The notes under the pieces: model-generated
Databases searched by the model: none
Seen by the model: the letters and a program-made list of their open reading frames with translations, nothing else
What the model was told of the DNA's origin: nothing
Program-made: the position numbers and the translations under genes
From: Oscillospiraceae bacterium
GTDB taxonomy: Bacteria; Bacillota; Clostridia; Oscillospirales; UBA929
Reading direction: 5' to 3'
Length of the DNA: 64,000 nucleotides
Assembly: GCA_009782215.1 (NCBI GenBank)
Contig: WRKO01000005.1
Coordinates: 30,083 to 94,082 of the forward strand
In this document: positions 1-9,009 of the stretch, piece by piece
Layout: every line of letters begins with the position of its first letter
How positions within the stretch are numbered: the first letter of the stretch is position 1

Positions 1-231
1 CGTGCCGCGTATGTTGCGGCAGAGGTTGACGGTCACCCGAATCAGCCACCGTTTCTCGTGGAGCTCGTCACGAAAATCCGGGGCCTTGTGGATAAGCCGC
101 AGAAAGACGTCGTGCAAGATGTCCTCGGCGTCGGAAGGGTTTCCTGTGTGCGTCAGGCCGACGCGGTAGAGCATCGCCCCGTACTTGTCATACGCGCGCG
201 AAAACAGCTCTTTCGGCTTGCCTGTCAGCAT
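1..231 (-). CDS. ECF-type sigma-70 family RNA polymerase sigma factor, first 77 codons only (gene runs off the left window edge)
   Basis: Not in the ORF track because it is edge-truncated. My translation of the minus strand from ATG 231..229 is MLTGKPKELFSRAYDKYGAMLYRVGLTHTGNPSDAEDILHDVFLRLIHKAPDFRDELHEKRWLIRVTVNLCRNIRGT. AEDIxxDVFLRL followed by WLxRVxxNxCxN is the sigma-70 region 2 pattern of ECF sigma factors. Confidence 0.65.
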   Translation of the reverse strand, partial: MLTGKPKELFSRAYDKYGAMLYRVGLTHTGNPSDAEDILHDVFLRLIHKAPDFRDELHEKRWLIRVTVNLCRNIRGT

Positions 232-283
232 TCTTTTCTCACCCCTCCGTTATGATAACAAACCGGCGCGGCGTCAGGTCACA

Positions 284-312
284 TAAAAAGCAAGGGCGGC
301 CAACGGCCGTCC
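284..312 (-). terminator. Putative intrinsic terminator after the comEA/two-component/GerMN operon
   Basis: On the minus strand just 3' of the stop at 332 there is an imperfect GC hairpin (plus 294-312, GGGCGGCC-AAC-GGCCGTCC). A T-run follows it (plus AAAAA 285-289). Confidence 0.45.
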
Positions 313-331
313 ACGCAAATTTTTCCGCTGA

Positions 332-1213
332 TTACGGACGCACATCGGCGGCCGTCAGCGGCTGCGAGGTGTCGATTTCGCCGTATGCCTCCAACTGCCG
401 TCCCTCCACCAGAAGGCGGACGGCGGATACGCCCGGCTGGGCGGCGGCGGCGCGGACGAGACAGTGCAGAACCATGCCGGGAGACACCGGGTTGGCGCCG
501 GCATTTGATACAAATTCCGAGGAAACGTTGACGGCGCAGATTCCGCCTTCCATGATAATCGACAGCAGCCGTGTCCCTTCGGGAAAGACCGGCAAAAGAC
601 TCTCCGTCCTCGGCCCCGCCAGCATCTCCTCCAGCATATAGCGCAGATACCATTCCACCGTATCCGTCTCCCGCACAACCAGCGTACGGGACTCAGACAG
701 AACCCGACCTGTTTCGTCGGGGAAAAACAGCGTAATCGGACGCTCCATATCGGCTAAAACCAACGCCTCAAGCACAAAATCGGACGCGAGATACACGGTT
801 GAATCCGCGGGCCGTCCCTCGACGGATATCCTCACGCCACCAATCCCCTCGTCCAGCGCGGTCAGCGTCAAAACCAGACAGGCGCGCGCCAAGGTAAGGG
901 CATACCCCCCCAGCGCGTCCGCTTCCTCCGAAAGCACGACGTCCAGCACCCCGTCCGGCAGGGCCGCCTCAATCACCCTCGTCCCGGCGGGAAAGGGGGA
1001 GCGCCCGCCCGAGCCGCTCAAAACCCCGTCCAAGGCGGCCCTCCACAGGGGCCTCTCCTCCGGGAGGGGCAGGGTATGCTCCGCCAGCGCCGCGCGGTCG
1101 TCCGGCCCGCCAAGGACGTATACCGTCAAGGTATTCCCCGCGTCCGGCGCGTCCGCGTAACAGCCCGTCAAACATAAAACGACAACCATGAGAACCGGGA
1201 ATAAACGATTCAT
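332..1213 (-). CDS. Secreted lipoprotein, GerMN-domain-like
   Basis: ORF 332..1255. The likely start is the internal ATG at 1213, preceded by AGGAGG. N-terminus MNRLFPVLMVVVLCLTGC gives a signal peptide plus lipobox (LTGC). The Ala/Leu/Gly-rich mature part resembles sporulation/germination GerM-type domains (recollection-level call). It lies 3 nt after the kinase gene. Confidence 0.5.
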   Translation of the reverse strand: MNRLFPVLMVVVLCLTGCYADAPDAGNTLTVYVLGGPDDRAALAEHTLPLPEERPLWRAALDGVLSGSGGRSPFPAGTRVIEAALPDGVLDVVLSEEADALGGYALTLARACLVLTLTALDEGIGGVRISVEGRPADSTVYLASDFVLEALVLADMERPITLFFPDETGRVLSESRTLVVRETDTVEWYLRYMLEEMLAGPRTESLLPVFPEGTRLLSIIMEGGICAVNVSSEFVSNAGANPVSPGMVLHCLVRAAAAQPGVSAVRLLVEGRQLEAYGEIDTSQPLTAADVRP

Positions 1214-1258
1214 TGACCCCTCCTGTATCATCTGGGTATAAGCCTTGCGGAGCAAGGG

Positions 1259-2689
1259 TTATACAGATTCGTCCCCGGGGGAACACAACGGAAATCTCAC
1301 TGTAAAGCGGGAACCCTTGTCAAGCTCGCTCTCCGCCGCAATCGAGCCGCCCAGCCGCGCCGCCGTCTCCGCCGCGATTGACAGCCCCAACCCTTCCCCG
1401 CCCGCCGCGCGGCTGCGGGCCTTGTCCACACGGTAAAAACGGTCAAAGATGCGCGGCAGCTCGTCCTTGGGAATCCCCGCGCCGGTATCGGCCACGACAA
1501 GCTGCGCCTCGTCGTCTTTTTTGAAGACGAACACCCGCACCTCCCCGCCCGGTTTGTTGTATTTGATGGCGTTGTCGATGAGGTTATACACAATCTGCAC
1601 AAGGTCGTCCTCTCCCGCCGGGATACGGCAATCCTCCGCCAGCTCACAGCGCAAGTCCACCCCGGCGCTCTTTGCCAGCGGTTCGAGCATCCGCGATACC
1701 CGGCGCGTCACCGCCGCGGGGTCGGACGACCCCGTCTGTCCGGCCGGCCGCGTGTCGAGCCGCGAAAGGCTCATCAGCTTTTCGGTCATGCGGCTCAGGC
1801 GTTCCGTTTCCCGCCCGATGTCGGCGACAAACTCCCGCACGGTCTCGGCGGACATGTCGGGCGTCTCCAAAATCGAATCGGTCAGGAGCCGCACCGCCGC
1901 CAGCGGTGTCTTGAGTTCGTGCGACGCGTCGGACACAAACCGCTGCCGCAGCCCCTCGGTCTTGTGGAGGATGGAAAAAAGCTGGTTGAGCCGCTCCGCC
2001 ACCTCCGCCAGCTCGTCCCGCCCCCGCACCGGGAGCCGGTAGGCGTAGTCGCCGCCGTACGCGGCGCGGATGCCGCGAAGGATGCCCGATATGCGCCGCG
2101 TCAGCGCCAAGGCGATGAAGGCGGAAAAAAGAATGACAACGGCAAAAATGAGGATAGACACCGTAATCAGATTGGCCTGCAGCCCGGACAACAACGCGCC
2201 CTGCGCCGTGTCATACCGGCCCAGATAGAGAGCTCCCAGCACCACGCCGCGCGCCATGACCGGCATCGCGCAGCGGCTGTCAAACGCCGCGTCCGCATAG
2301 CTGGAGCGGAAAACCTCCATGCCAGAAAGGGCGTCGGCCACCTCGGCGGACAGCGCGTACCGCCCCGTAATCGCCCCGGTGGTCAGGTTGTCATACACCG
2401 CCAGCCCGTAGCGGTCTACAACCACCGTGCGGTATTGCGCTCTGTCGTCCATCACCGCCATCACCCGCGCCACGCTTTCGGGCGTCAGGCTGTCCAGCCC
2501 CGCAAGGGTGGTGGTCAGCAGGGACGCGCGCGCCATCATCGTTTCGCGGGCATGGCCGAACATGAAATTTTGAGAAATCCATATCGGGTAGGTGTTGAGC
2601 AGAGCCAGCATAATCACCAGAATGGTCAGGTAGGAGAGGGCAATTTTTGATTGATAACGGTTGAAAAACACGCCTGAAGGCCGTTTCAT
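1259..2689 (-). CDS. Sensor histidine kinase (2 TM, about 150-aa extracytoplasmic loop, HAMP, HisKA, HATPase_c)
   Basis: H-box FVSDASHELKTPL. N-box NLIDNAIKY. G-boxes DTGAGIP and GGEGLGLSIA. Two hydrophobic segments flank a periplasmic-type loop. Confidence 0.9.
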   Translation of the reverse strand: MKRPSGVFFNRYQSKIALSYLTILVIMLALLNTYPIWISQNFMFGHARETMMARASLLTTTLAGLDSLTPESVARVMAVMDDRAQYRTVVVDRYGLAVYDNLTTGAITGRYALSAEVADALSGMEVFRSSYADAAFDSRCAMPVMARGVVLGALYLGRYDTAQGALLSGLQANLITVSILIFAVVILFSAFIALALTRRISGILRGIRAAYGGDYAYRLPVRGRDELAEVAERLNQLFSILHKTEGLRQRFVSDASHELKTPLAAVRLLTDSILETPDMSAETVREFVADIGRETERLSRMTEKLMSLSRLDTRPAGQTGSSDPAAVTRRVSRMLEPLAKSAGVDLRCELAEDCRIPAGEDDLVQIVYNLIDNAIKYNKPGGEVRVFVFKKDDEAQLVVADTGAGIPKDELPRIFDRFYRVDKARSRAAGGEGLGLSIAAETAARLGGSIAAESELDKGSRFTVRFPLCSPGDESV

Positions 2690-2711
2690 CGCTCCGGCAG
2701 GCGCTTTCTCG

Positions 2712-3398
2712 TCACGCTTTACAATAATACCCCACCCCCCATTTTGTCAGCAGAATCTCTGGACTGGCGGGGTCAATCTCCACCTTCTCGCGCAGGCGGC
2801 GCACATGAACGTCCACCGTGCGGATGTCGCCGGGGTATTCGTACCCCCACACAATGTTGAGAAGGGTTTCCCGGCTGTAGACCCGCCCTCGGTTGCGAAT
2901 CAGCAGCTCCATCAAGTCAAACTCCTTGGCCGTGAGGTCGGCGGGCGCGCCGCTGACGGTGGTGCTGCGCTGCGCCGAGTTGATGGTGATATGCTCCAGC
3001 GTCACCTCATCCTCCTCCTTCCCGGCGCCTGCGGCTCCGGCCGCCGCGCGCCGCAGAATGGCGCGGATGCGCGCCTTGAGTTCAAGGATGTTAAACGGCT
3101 TTGTCAGATAGTCGTCGGCGCCGTATTCAAAGCCGATGAGCTTGTCGGTGTCCTCACTCCGGGCGGTGAGCATAATCACCGGCACGCCGGAAAACTCCCG
3201 GATTTGGCGGCAGGCCTCCAGCCCGTCGGTCTTCGGCATCATCAAGTCCATGACAATGAGGTCAAAGACGTCCTCGCGGGCTTTCGCCACGGCCTCCTCG
3301 CCGTCTTCCGCCGTCTCCACCTCATACCCCTCGTGCTCGAGGTTGAATTTGATGCCCTTGACAATGTTTTTCTCGTCATCCACGACCAAAATTTTCAT
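2712..3398 (-). CDS. OmpR/PhoB-family response regulator
   Basis: MKILVVDDEKNI...DLIVMDLMMPKTDG receiver domain. C-terminal winged helix ends ...VDVHVRRLREKVE...LLTKWGVGY. The ATG at 3398 overlaps the comEA stop (ATGA). Confidence 0.9.
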   Translation of the reverse strand: MKILVVDDEKNIVKGIKFNLEHEGYEVETAEDGEEAVAKAREDVFDLIVMDLMMPKTDGLEACRQIREFSGVPVIMLTARSEDTDKLIGFEYGADDYLTKPFNILELKARIRAILRRAAAGAAGAGKEEDEVTLEHITINSAQRSTTVSGAPADLTAKEFDLMELLIRNRGRVYSRETLLNIVWGYEYPGDIRTVDVHVRRLREKVEIDPASPEILLTKWGVGYYCKA

Positions 3399-3769
3399 TC
3401 CCCACACCTCGCATATGGTTTCAATCTTTCCAAAACCCGCTCGCCGATGCCGCTGACGTTGATCAGCTCGTCCACAGACGCGAACGGGCCGTGTGCCTCC
3501 CGATACTCGATGATTCTCTGCGAAAGCACCGGGCCGATGCCCGGAAGGTCGGTCAGCTCAACGGCGGAGGCGGCGTTGATGTCTATGGCCCCCGCCAAGC
3601 CGCTGTCTGAAGCAATCACGATAACGTCCGTTTCTCGCTGCCCGCTGACGATAAAGCTGTCCGCCGGAACGGCGTCAAGGAACGTATATCCGGCCAGAAA
3701 ACCAATCAGCAGCGCCGTGGCGGCCACGCAGGGGAGAAGGATTTTCTTTTTCACAGGGTTCACATCCAC
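3395..3769 (-). CDS. comEA: ComEA-family helix-hairpin-helix DNA-binding protein (membrane anchored)
   Basis: N-terminal TM segment ILLPCVAATALLIGFLAGY. C-terminal tandem HhH INAASAVELTDLPGIGPVLSQRIIEYREAHGPFASVDELINVSGIGERVLERL. Start is uncertain: GTG candidates at 3769, 3763 and 3754. The 3850 start of the listed ORF overlaps the divergent carboxypeptidase gene and looks non-coding. Confidence 0.7.
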   Translation of the reverse strand: MDVNPVKKKILLPCVAATALLIGFLAGYTFLDAVPADSFIVSGQRETDVIVIASDSGLAGAIDINAASAVELTDLPGIGPVLSQRIIEYREAHGPFASVDELINVSGIGERVLERLKPYARCGE

Positions 3770-3821
3770 GCGTTTTTGTAGTATACTATAGTCTACCACA
3801 TATTTTAGGGGATTCCTATAT

Positions 3822-5243
3822 ATGAAACAAAAAAAAAGGCTGATTTCCATCCTTCTCTTGATAAGCTGTCTGCTTCCCGGTCTCCGGGGGGCGGCTTACT
3901 CCGGCTTGCCCGAGGTGGATATCCAGTCGCGCAGCGCCATCCTCGTCCACGCGCAAACGGACGAAGTCCTTTTCGGCCACAACATACATATCCGCCGCGA
4001 GCCAGCCAGCATCACCAAAATTATGACCGCGCTGCTGGCGCTGGAGTATGAAGGCCAAGACGAAACCGTCACGGCGGAGGCAGGCGATTTTTTCGACATC
4101 ATCACCATTCACCAAGTCCAGATAGGCGAAGAGTTCGTCCTGCGCGACCTCCTCTATTACATCATGGTCTCCTCCAACAACGAGGCCTGCAATATGATTG
4201 CGCGCCATATCGCCGGTTCGGTCGAGGCTTTTATGGAGAGGGTAAACCTCCGCTTGGCCGAGCTTGGCTGTGAAAACACCCGCTTCACCAATCCCCACGG
4301 CCTTCCCGACCCCGAGCATTATACCACGGCGTATGAGATTTACTTGATGGTGCGGGAATGTCTCAACAACCCCTCCTTTATGGATATCGCCAACACCGAA
4401 TACATCGTCCTCCCCCCGACCAACCTGACGCCCGAAGGCCGCGCGCTGATTACCACCAACAACCTCATCACCCGCCGCCGCAACCCCGAATACATCTATC
4501 CGTTCGCGCGCGGCGTCAAGACGGGACGCACCAACAACGCCGGGCATTGCCTGACCTCCACCGCCGAGCAGGACGGCATCACCCTCATCAGCGTCGTGCT
4601 GGGCGCGGTGGAGGACGAGGATACCGGACAAATCCGCAGCTTCACCGAAACCCGCGATTTGTTCATATGGGGCTTCGAGCATTTCACCGTCACGCGCATC
4701 CTCAGCAGCTCCGATAAGCTGGTGCGCGTCAATCTCGCCCAAGGGCTGGATCAGGATCATGTCCTGCTGACCCCGGAAACCTCGGTCGAGGCACTGATTC
4801 CCAAATATCTGGCCCCCGAGGACATCCACCGCCAAATCACCGTCTATGACCCGGATGGGCTGCGAGCTCCCGTCTCCCGCGGCGACGTGCTGGGGGAAGT
4901 GCGGCTGACCTACGAGGGGCGCGATTACGGAACCATCCCGCTTGTCGCCGACAGAAGCGTCGAGCGCGATACCCGCGAGGTGATTCAGGACAACCTCGGC
5001 AATGTGTTCGACAGAATTTTCGGCCGGATTTTCGGCAGACTGTCCGACGAGCCCGACCCCCCCGGTTCCGGCAGCGCGCCCTCCGGGGCGAGAGCCGGAA
5101 CGACGGCGGACTTGGAATGGATTTTCTGGGCCGTCGTCAGCGCGGCGGCGCTGGTCGCGTTTTATGTGCTGTACGTCATCCACCTGAACCGCCGCCGCCG
5201 CAATATGCGCGCAAGCAATTACAGGGGGAGGAGACGGTATTGA
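3822..5243 (+). CDS. D-alanyl-D-alanine carboxypeptidase (S11 low-MW PBP) with C-terminal membrane anchor
   Basis: Signal peptide. SxxK (SITK), SxN (SNN) and KTG (KTGRT) active-site motifs occur in the correct order. C-terminal hydrophobic helix WIFWAVVSAAALVAFYVLYVI. Confidence 0.85.
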   Translation: MKQKKRLISILLLISCLLPGLRGAAYSGLPEVDIQSRSAILVHAQTDEVLFGHNIHIRREPASITKIMTALLALEYEGQDETVTAEAGDFFDIITIHQVQIGEEFVLRDLLYYIMVSSNNEACNMIARHIAGSVEAFMERVNLRLAELGCENTRFTNPHGLPDPEHYTTAYEIYLMVRECLNNPSFMDIANTEYIVLPPTNLTPEGRALITTNNLITRRRNPEYIYPFARGVKTGRTNNAGHCLTSTAEQDGITLISVVLGAVEDEDTGQIRSFTETRDLFIWGFEHFTVTRILSSSDKLVRVNLAQGLDQDHVLLTPETSVEALIPKYLAPEDIHRQITVYDPDGLRAPVSRGDVLGEVRLTYEGRDYGTIPLVADRSVERDTREVIQDNLGNVFDRIFGRIFGRLSDEPDPPGSGSAPSGARAGTTADLEWIFWAVVSAAALVAFYVLYVIHLNRRRRNMRASNYRGRRRY

Positions 5244-5680
5244 CGACACGCTCCCATAGCGCGGACGACACCGAACGCTTCGGCGAACGGCTCGCCCGCC
5301 TGCTCCGTCCGGGAGACGCCGTCTGGCTGTACGGCGACCTTGGGGCGGGGAAGACGGCGCTTGTCAGAGGGCTGGCGAGGGGCTTGGGCGTATCCGTCCG
5401 CGTGACCAGCCCGACATACGCCCTCGTCAACCTGTATGACGCCGCCGTTCCCGCGGAACCCGAATCGCCGGGCGCCGCGCCGCGCTGTCTGGCGCATTAT
5501 GACGCCTACCGGCTTGAGGGCTTCGACGACCTTGTCGGTACCGGATGGGACGAATACGAGTCCGGCTTCCGCGCCGTGGAGTGGGCGGAGCGCGCCGGAG
5601 ACAGCGTTTCAGGCGTTTGCGTCATGTTAGAAGACGTCAGCGAAACGGAAAGGGAGATATCTTTATGCTTCTTGCCATAG
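5240..5680 (+). CDS. tsaE: tRNA t6A37 threonylcarbamoyl-transfer ATPase TsaE
   Basis: LYGDLGAGKTALVRGLARGLG P-loop and VTSPTYALVNLY. The likely TTG start at 5240 overlaps the upstream stop. The first 41 codons of the listed ORF (5117) overlap the carboxypeptidase gene. Confidence 0.8.
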   Translation: MTTRSHSADDTERFGERLARLLRPGDAVWLYGDLGAGKTALVRGLARGLGVSVRVTSPTYALVNLYDAAVPAEPESPGAAPRCLAHYDAYRLEGFDDLVGTGWDEYESGFRAVEWAERAGDSVSGVCVMLEDVSETEREISLCFLP

Positions 5681-6312
5681 ATTCATCGTCCGCCACGGCT
5701 TCCGCCGCGCTCACGCGCGGCGGCGCGCTGATTGCCGAGGCCTTTCTCAACAACGGGCTGACGCACAGCCAAACCCTCGCGCCGATGATTGACGCGGTCA
5801 TCCGAAGCGCGGGCGCGGCGCCCAGCGACATCACGCAAGTCGCCGTCACCAACGGGCCGGGGTCTTTCACCGGCCTGCGCATTGGCGCGGCCACGGCCTT
5901 GGGCTTCGCCAACGCCTTGGGCGTCCCCTGCGCCGGCGTCTCTTCGCTGATGGCGGCGGCCTATAACGCGGTCGATTGGGAAGGGACGGTCTGCGCCGCG
6001 ATGGACGCCCGACGAGGACAGATATATTGCGCGATGTTTCACGTGAAACACAATATCTTGCACCGCGTGACCGAGGACGAAGCCGCAGACCGAGAAGCCT
6101 TCCTGCAAAAAGCGCCGCCACCCGTTTTGTGGGTGGGCGACGCCGCCGCGCTATGCGCGAGGGAAGGAGACCGAATCGCCGCCCGCCCCTATCCGTCGGG
6201 GTACGGCGCGGCGCTGTGCGCCCTCAACGGACACACCCGCCCGGCGGACAAAATCGTCTATCTGCGCGTCCCGCAAGCCGAAAGAGAGCGCTTGGCGCGG
6301 ACTACCCCTTGA
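5665..6312 (+). CDS. tsaB: tRNA t6A37 biosynthesis protein TsaB
   Basis: MLLAIDSSSATASAAL...HSQTLAPMID...VAVTNGPGSFTGLRIGAATALGFA is the TsaB/YeaZ signature. Start is the internal ATG at 5665, overlapping the tsaE end. Confidence 0.85.
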   Translation: MLLAIDSSSATASAALTRGGALIAEAFLNNGLTHSQTLAPMIDAVIRSAGAAPSDITQVAVTNGPGSFTGLRIGAATALGFANALGVPCAGVSSLMAAAYNAVDWEGTVCAAMDARRGQIYCAMFHVKHNILHRVTEDEAADREAFLQKAPPPVLWVGDAAALCAREGDRIAARPYPSGYGAALCALNGHTRPADKIVYLRVPQAERERLARTTP

Positions 6313-6973
6313 CCACCGTATACTCCGCCCCAAAGGTTTCCACCGTTACCGTAAGCATTGTGCGCGGCTCCATCGCGCGCATTTCCTGACCGCCGGTGTT
6401 GGGGCCGGACGCGATGGAATCCACCACCTCCAACCCTTCCAGCACCCTGCCGAACCCGGCGTACACGCCGTCCAGCCCCGGAGAGTCGACCGTCATAATG
6501 AAAAACTGGCTTCCCGCCGTATCCGGGGCCTGACGCCGCGCCATCGAAACAACGCCGCGCTTATGGGCGAGGTCGTTCTGCTCAAAGCCGTTGTCGGCAA
6601 ACTCCCCTTTGATGGAATACCCCGGCCCGCCGTTGCCGGTGCCGAGCGGGTCGCCGCCCTGTATCATAAAGGTGGGGCTTGTGCGGTGGAAGATTGTGCC
6701 GTCGTAAAACCCTTCTTGGGCAAGGGTGACGAAGTTTGCCACCGTGTTGGGCGCTTTGTCCGGGTACAGCTCGATTTTGATGACGCCGCCGTCATCCATG
6801 ATGATGGTCACAATGGGGTTTTGCATAGGGCCTTCCTCCTTTGGTTGTTGACTGTCCGAGGGTTCCTCGGGAGACGGGGACGGAGCGTCCGGCAGGGGGG
6901 ACGGCGATTCCGCCGCGCAAGCCGCCAGCAGGATCAAAAGCGGCAGCAGGGTAAAGAGAAGCCTTTTTTTCAT
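6302..6973 (-). CDS. Cyclophilin-type peptidyl-prolyl cis-trans isomerase, lipoprotein
   Basis: Lipobox LLAAC, then a Pro/Ser-rich linker. Cyclophilin core: IKIELYPDKAPNTVANFVTLAQEGFYDGTIFHRTSPTFMIQGGDP...SMAR...GSQFFI. Confidence 0.9.
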   Translation of the reverse strand: MKKRLLFTLLPLLILLAACAAESPSPLPDAPSPSPEEPSDSQQPKEEGPMQNPIVTIIMDDGGVIKIELYPDKAPNTVANFVTLAQEGFYDGTIFHRTSPTFMIQGGDPLGTGNGGPGYSIKGEFADNGFEQNDLAHKRGVVSMARRQAPDTAGSQFFIMTVDSPGLDGVYAGFGRVLEGLEVVDSIASGPNTGGQEMRAMEPRTMLTVTVETFGAEYTVVKG

Positions 6974-7024
6974 AGGGTATTACCTCCTTGTTCTGTAGGG
7001 CGAGCCGTACGCGCCCGCGTCTGT

Positions 7025-7786
7025 TCAGCCCGCCGGGTTCCCGTCCGGCAGCATAAAGCGCTCATCCCCCGGGTCGCCCAAAACCGGCGGCCCGGCCGTG
7101 ACCTCATAGGCCAAAAGCCCGTCCTCTCCGGTAAACGCCGCGCGGAGGAGCAGCCCCGTTTCCAGCGATATGAGATATTCGCCCAGATACGCCGGCTCCC
7201 GCGTCCGCACCAGCAGACAGCGCTCACGTTCGACGGGCAGATAGAGATACTCCGCGGACAATATGCTCTCCGGCGGCAGCGCCGCCACCGTTTCCCACGT
7301 GGGGACGCCGGACAGCGCTTCCGCGTCCGCGCTCTTGGGAGCCACCTCGTAAACGGGCATGGTTTCGCCCGTCCACACATGGACAAGGCTTTCCGTAAAA
7401 ATGCGGTTTTGCGCCGGAAACCCGCGCTGCTGCGTCTCCACGCGCGTCAGCCCGCCGCGCCGCGCCCAGTCATGCGTCATCCGCTCCTCCCCTCCCGGCA
7501 GGAACGATACGATGTCCACTGTCTGGCGGTAGGCGTCGGGGCGTTGGATGGTGGCCAGCAAGGCTTGAATGTTTTTTCCGTCCACAGTCAGCGGCGCGTA
7601 GGCCAGCCCGCCCAGCCCCGGCCCCGGCCCGGACGGCCCGGCGGGCGATTCGGGCGACAGCGGGGGCGGAAGCTGGAACGGCTCGCTTCTGCCCGTGTAA
7701 TACATCAGCCAAACGCTGCCCATCAAGGCCACCGCCAGCAGAGACGCGACCGCGACCGACAGCAGGGTCATCCGGCGGCGGCTCAC
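7025..7786 (-). CDS. Hypothetical membrane-anchored extracytoplasmic protein
   Basis: One N-terminal TM (LLSVAVASLLAVALMGSVWLMYY), a Pro/Gly linker, then a roughly 170-aa globular part with no motif I recognise. The GTG start at 7786 overlaps the mnaA stop (GTGA). Confidence 0.5.
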   Translation of the reverse strand: MSRRRMTLLSVAVASLLAVALMGSVWLMYYTGRSEPFQLPPPLSPESPAGPSGPGPGLGGLAYAPLTVDGKNIQALLATIQRPDAYRQTVDIVSFLPGGEERMTHDWARRGGLTRVETQQRGFPAQNRIFTESLVHVWTGETMPVYEVAPKSADAEALSGVPTWETVAALPPESILSAEYLYLPVERERCLLVRTREPAYLGEYLISLETGLLLRAAFTGEDGLLAYEVTAGPPVLGDPGDERFMLPDGNPAG

Positions 7787-8937
7787 GGCGCGTCGAATTC
7801 GGGCGGAGGCTCGTCCGTCAGCCCCGCGAAACGCCGCACGGCTTGCGCGATTCGTTCGGAGGCCAGACCGTCCCCATACGGGTTCACGGCGCGGGCCATC
7901 CGTCTGTACGCGCCTTCGTCGTCCAAGAGCTTCTGCGCCATTCCGGCTATGTTTTCCCGGGCCACCCCGGCCAGCTCTACCGTCCCGGCGGCGACAGCCT
8001 CCGGCCGCTCCGTTTCCCGTCGAAGCACCAGCACCGGCTTGCCCAGCGCGGGCGCTTCCTCCTGCAAGCCTCCCGAATCGGTCAGCACCAGATAGGAGCG
8101 GGCAATCAGGTTGTGCATATCCAAAAGCCCTATGGGCTCGGTCAGCACGATGCGCTCCTGCCCGTCCAGCAGCGGCATGACGGTGTCTCGCACCGCTGGG
8201 CTGAGATGCACCGGGTAGACGATCACCACGTCCGGGTTCGCGTCCCGCAGGTCAAGCAGGGCGAGGCAAATGTCCTTCAGCGGTTTTCCGTAGTTCTCCC
8301 GCCGGTGCGCCGTCACGGCCAGCACGCGGGTTCCCTCGAAGTCCAGCCCGCGCAGCGCGGGCTCGGCGAAGCTGTATACCTCCCGCACCGTCATCGACAG
8401 CGCGTCTATGACGGTGTTTCCCGTCACATAAATCTTGCCGGGGGTGTTCTCGTTTTCTAGGTTTTGCTTGTTGACCCGCGTGGGGCAGAAGTGCAGCGAC
8501 GCCATGCGCGAAATCATCTGGCGGTTTATTTCCTCGGGAAAGGGCGAATACAGCCGCCCCGTCCGCAGGCCCGCCTCCACATGCCCAACGGGTATCTTGT
8601 GATAAAACGCCGCCAGCGTCGCGGCAAACCCGGTCGAGGTGTCGCCGTGGGTCAGCACAAGGTCGGGCCGCAGCTCGGAAAAAACGCCGTCCATCCCGGT
8701 CAGCGTCTTGGCGGTAATCGCCGCCAGCGATTGTCGCGGCGTCATAATATCGAGATCGTAGTCCGGCTTGATGCCGAAATGGTTCAAAATCCCGTCCAGC
8801 ATTTGGCGGTGCTGCCCCGTAACGCAGCAAATCCCGTGAATCTCCGGGTCTGCCGCAAGCCGCTTCACCAGCGGCGCCATCTTCACCGCGTCCGGCCTCG
8901 CCCCGAACACACTCATAACAATCGTCTTGGCTTTCAT
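7783..8937 (-). CDS. mnaA: UDP-N-acetylglucosamine 2-epimerase (non-hydrolysing)
   Basis: Full-length match to the WecB/MnaA pattern: VFGARPDAVKMAPL...TGQHRQMLD...LTHGDTSTGFA...HVEAGLRT...PFPEE...DSGGLQEEAPALGKPVLVLR. Confidence 0.9.
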   Translation of the reverse strand: MKAKTIVMSVFGARPDAVKMAPLVKRLAADPEIHGICCVTGQHRQMLDGILNHFGIKPDYDLDIMTPRQSLAAITAKTLTGMDGVFSELRPDLVLTHGDTSTGFAATLAAFYHKIPVGHVEAGLRTGRLYSPFPEEINRQMISRMASLHFCPTRVNKQNLENENTPGKIYVTGNTVIDALSMTVREVYSFAEPALRGLDFEGTRVLAVTAHRRENYGKPLKDICLALLDLRDANPDVVIVYPVHLSPAVRDTVMPLLDGQERIVLTEPIGLLDMHNLIARSYLVLTDSGGLQEEAPALGKPVLVLRRETERPEAVAAGTVELAGVARENIAGMAQKLLDDEGAYRRMARAVNPYGDGLASERIAQAVRRFAGLTDEPPPEFDAP

Positions 8938-9009
8938 CAGCTCTAACCTCTTTTCTCGAAAACCCCTTGCGGCCGAATGTTGTTTCTTTTCTGGAAAGCC
9001 TATGACCTT

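Noticed and set aside
3816-5249. 477-aa minus-strand ORF exactly antisense to the D-Ala-D-Ala carboxypeptidase gene
   Set aside because: Its Ala/Gly/Arg/Asp-rich, motif-free translation is typical of open antisense frames in high-GC DNA. The plus-strand product has all three PBP active-site motifs.
6302-6312. 11-nt convergent overlap of the tsaB and cyclophilin stop regions
   Set aside because: It is real in the sequence and leaves no room for terminators. However, small convergent overlaps are common in compact genomes, and nothing further distinguishes it.
6563-8095. 510-aa plus-strand ORF spanning the cyclophilin, hypothetical and mnaA genes
   Set aside because: It is Arg/Gly/Pro-rich low-information sequence that crosses three well-supported minus-strand genes. 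This is an antisense artefact.
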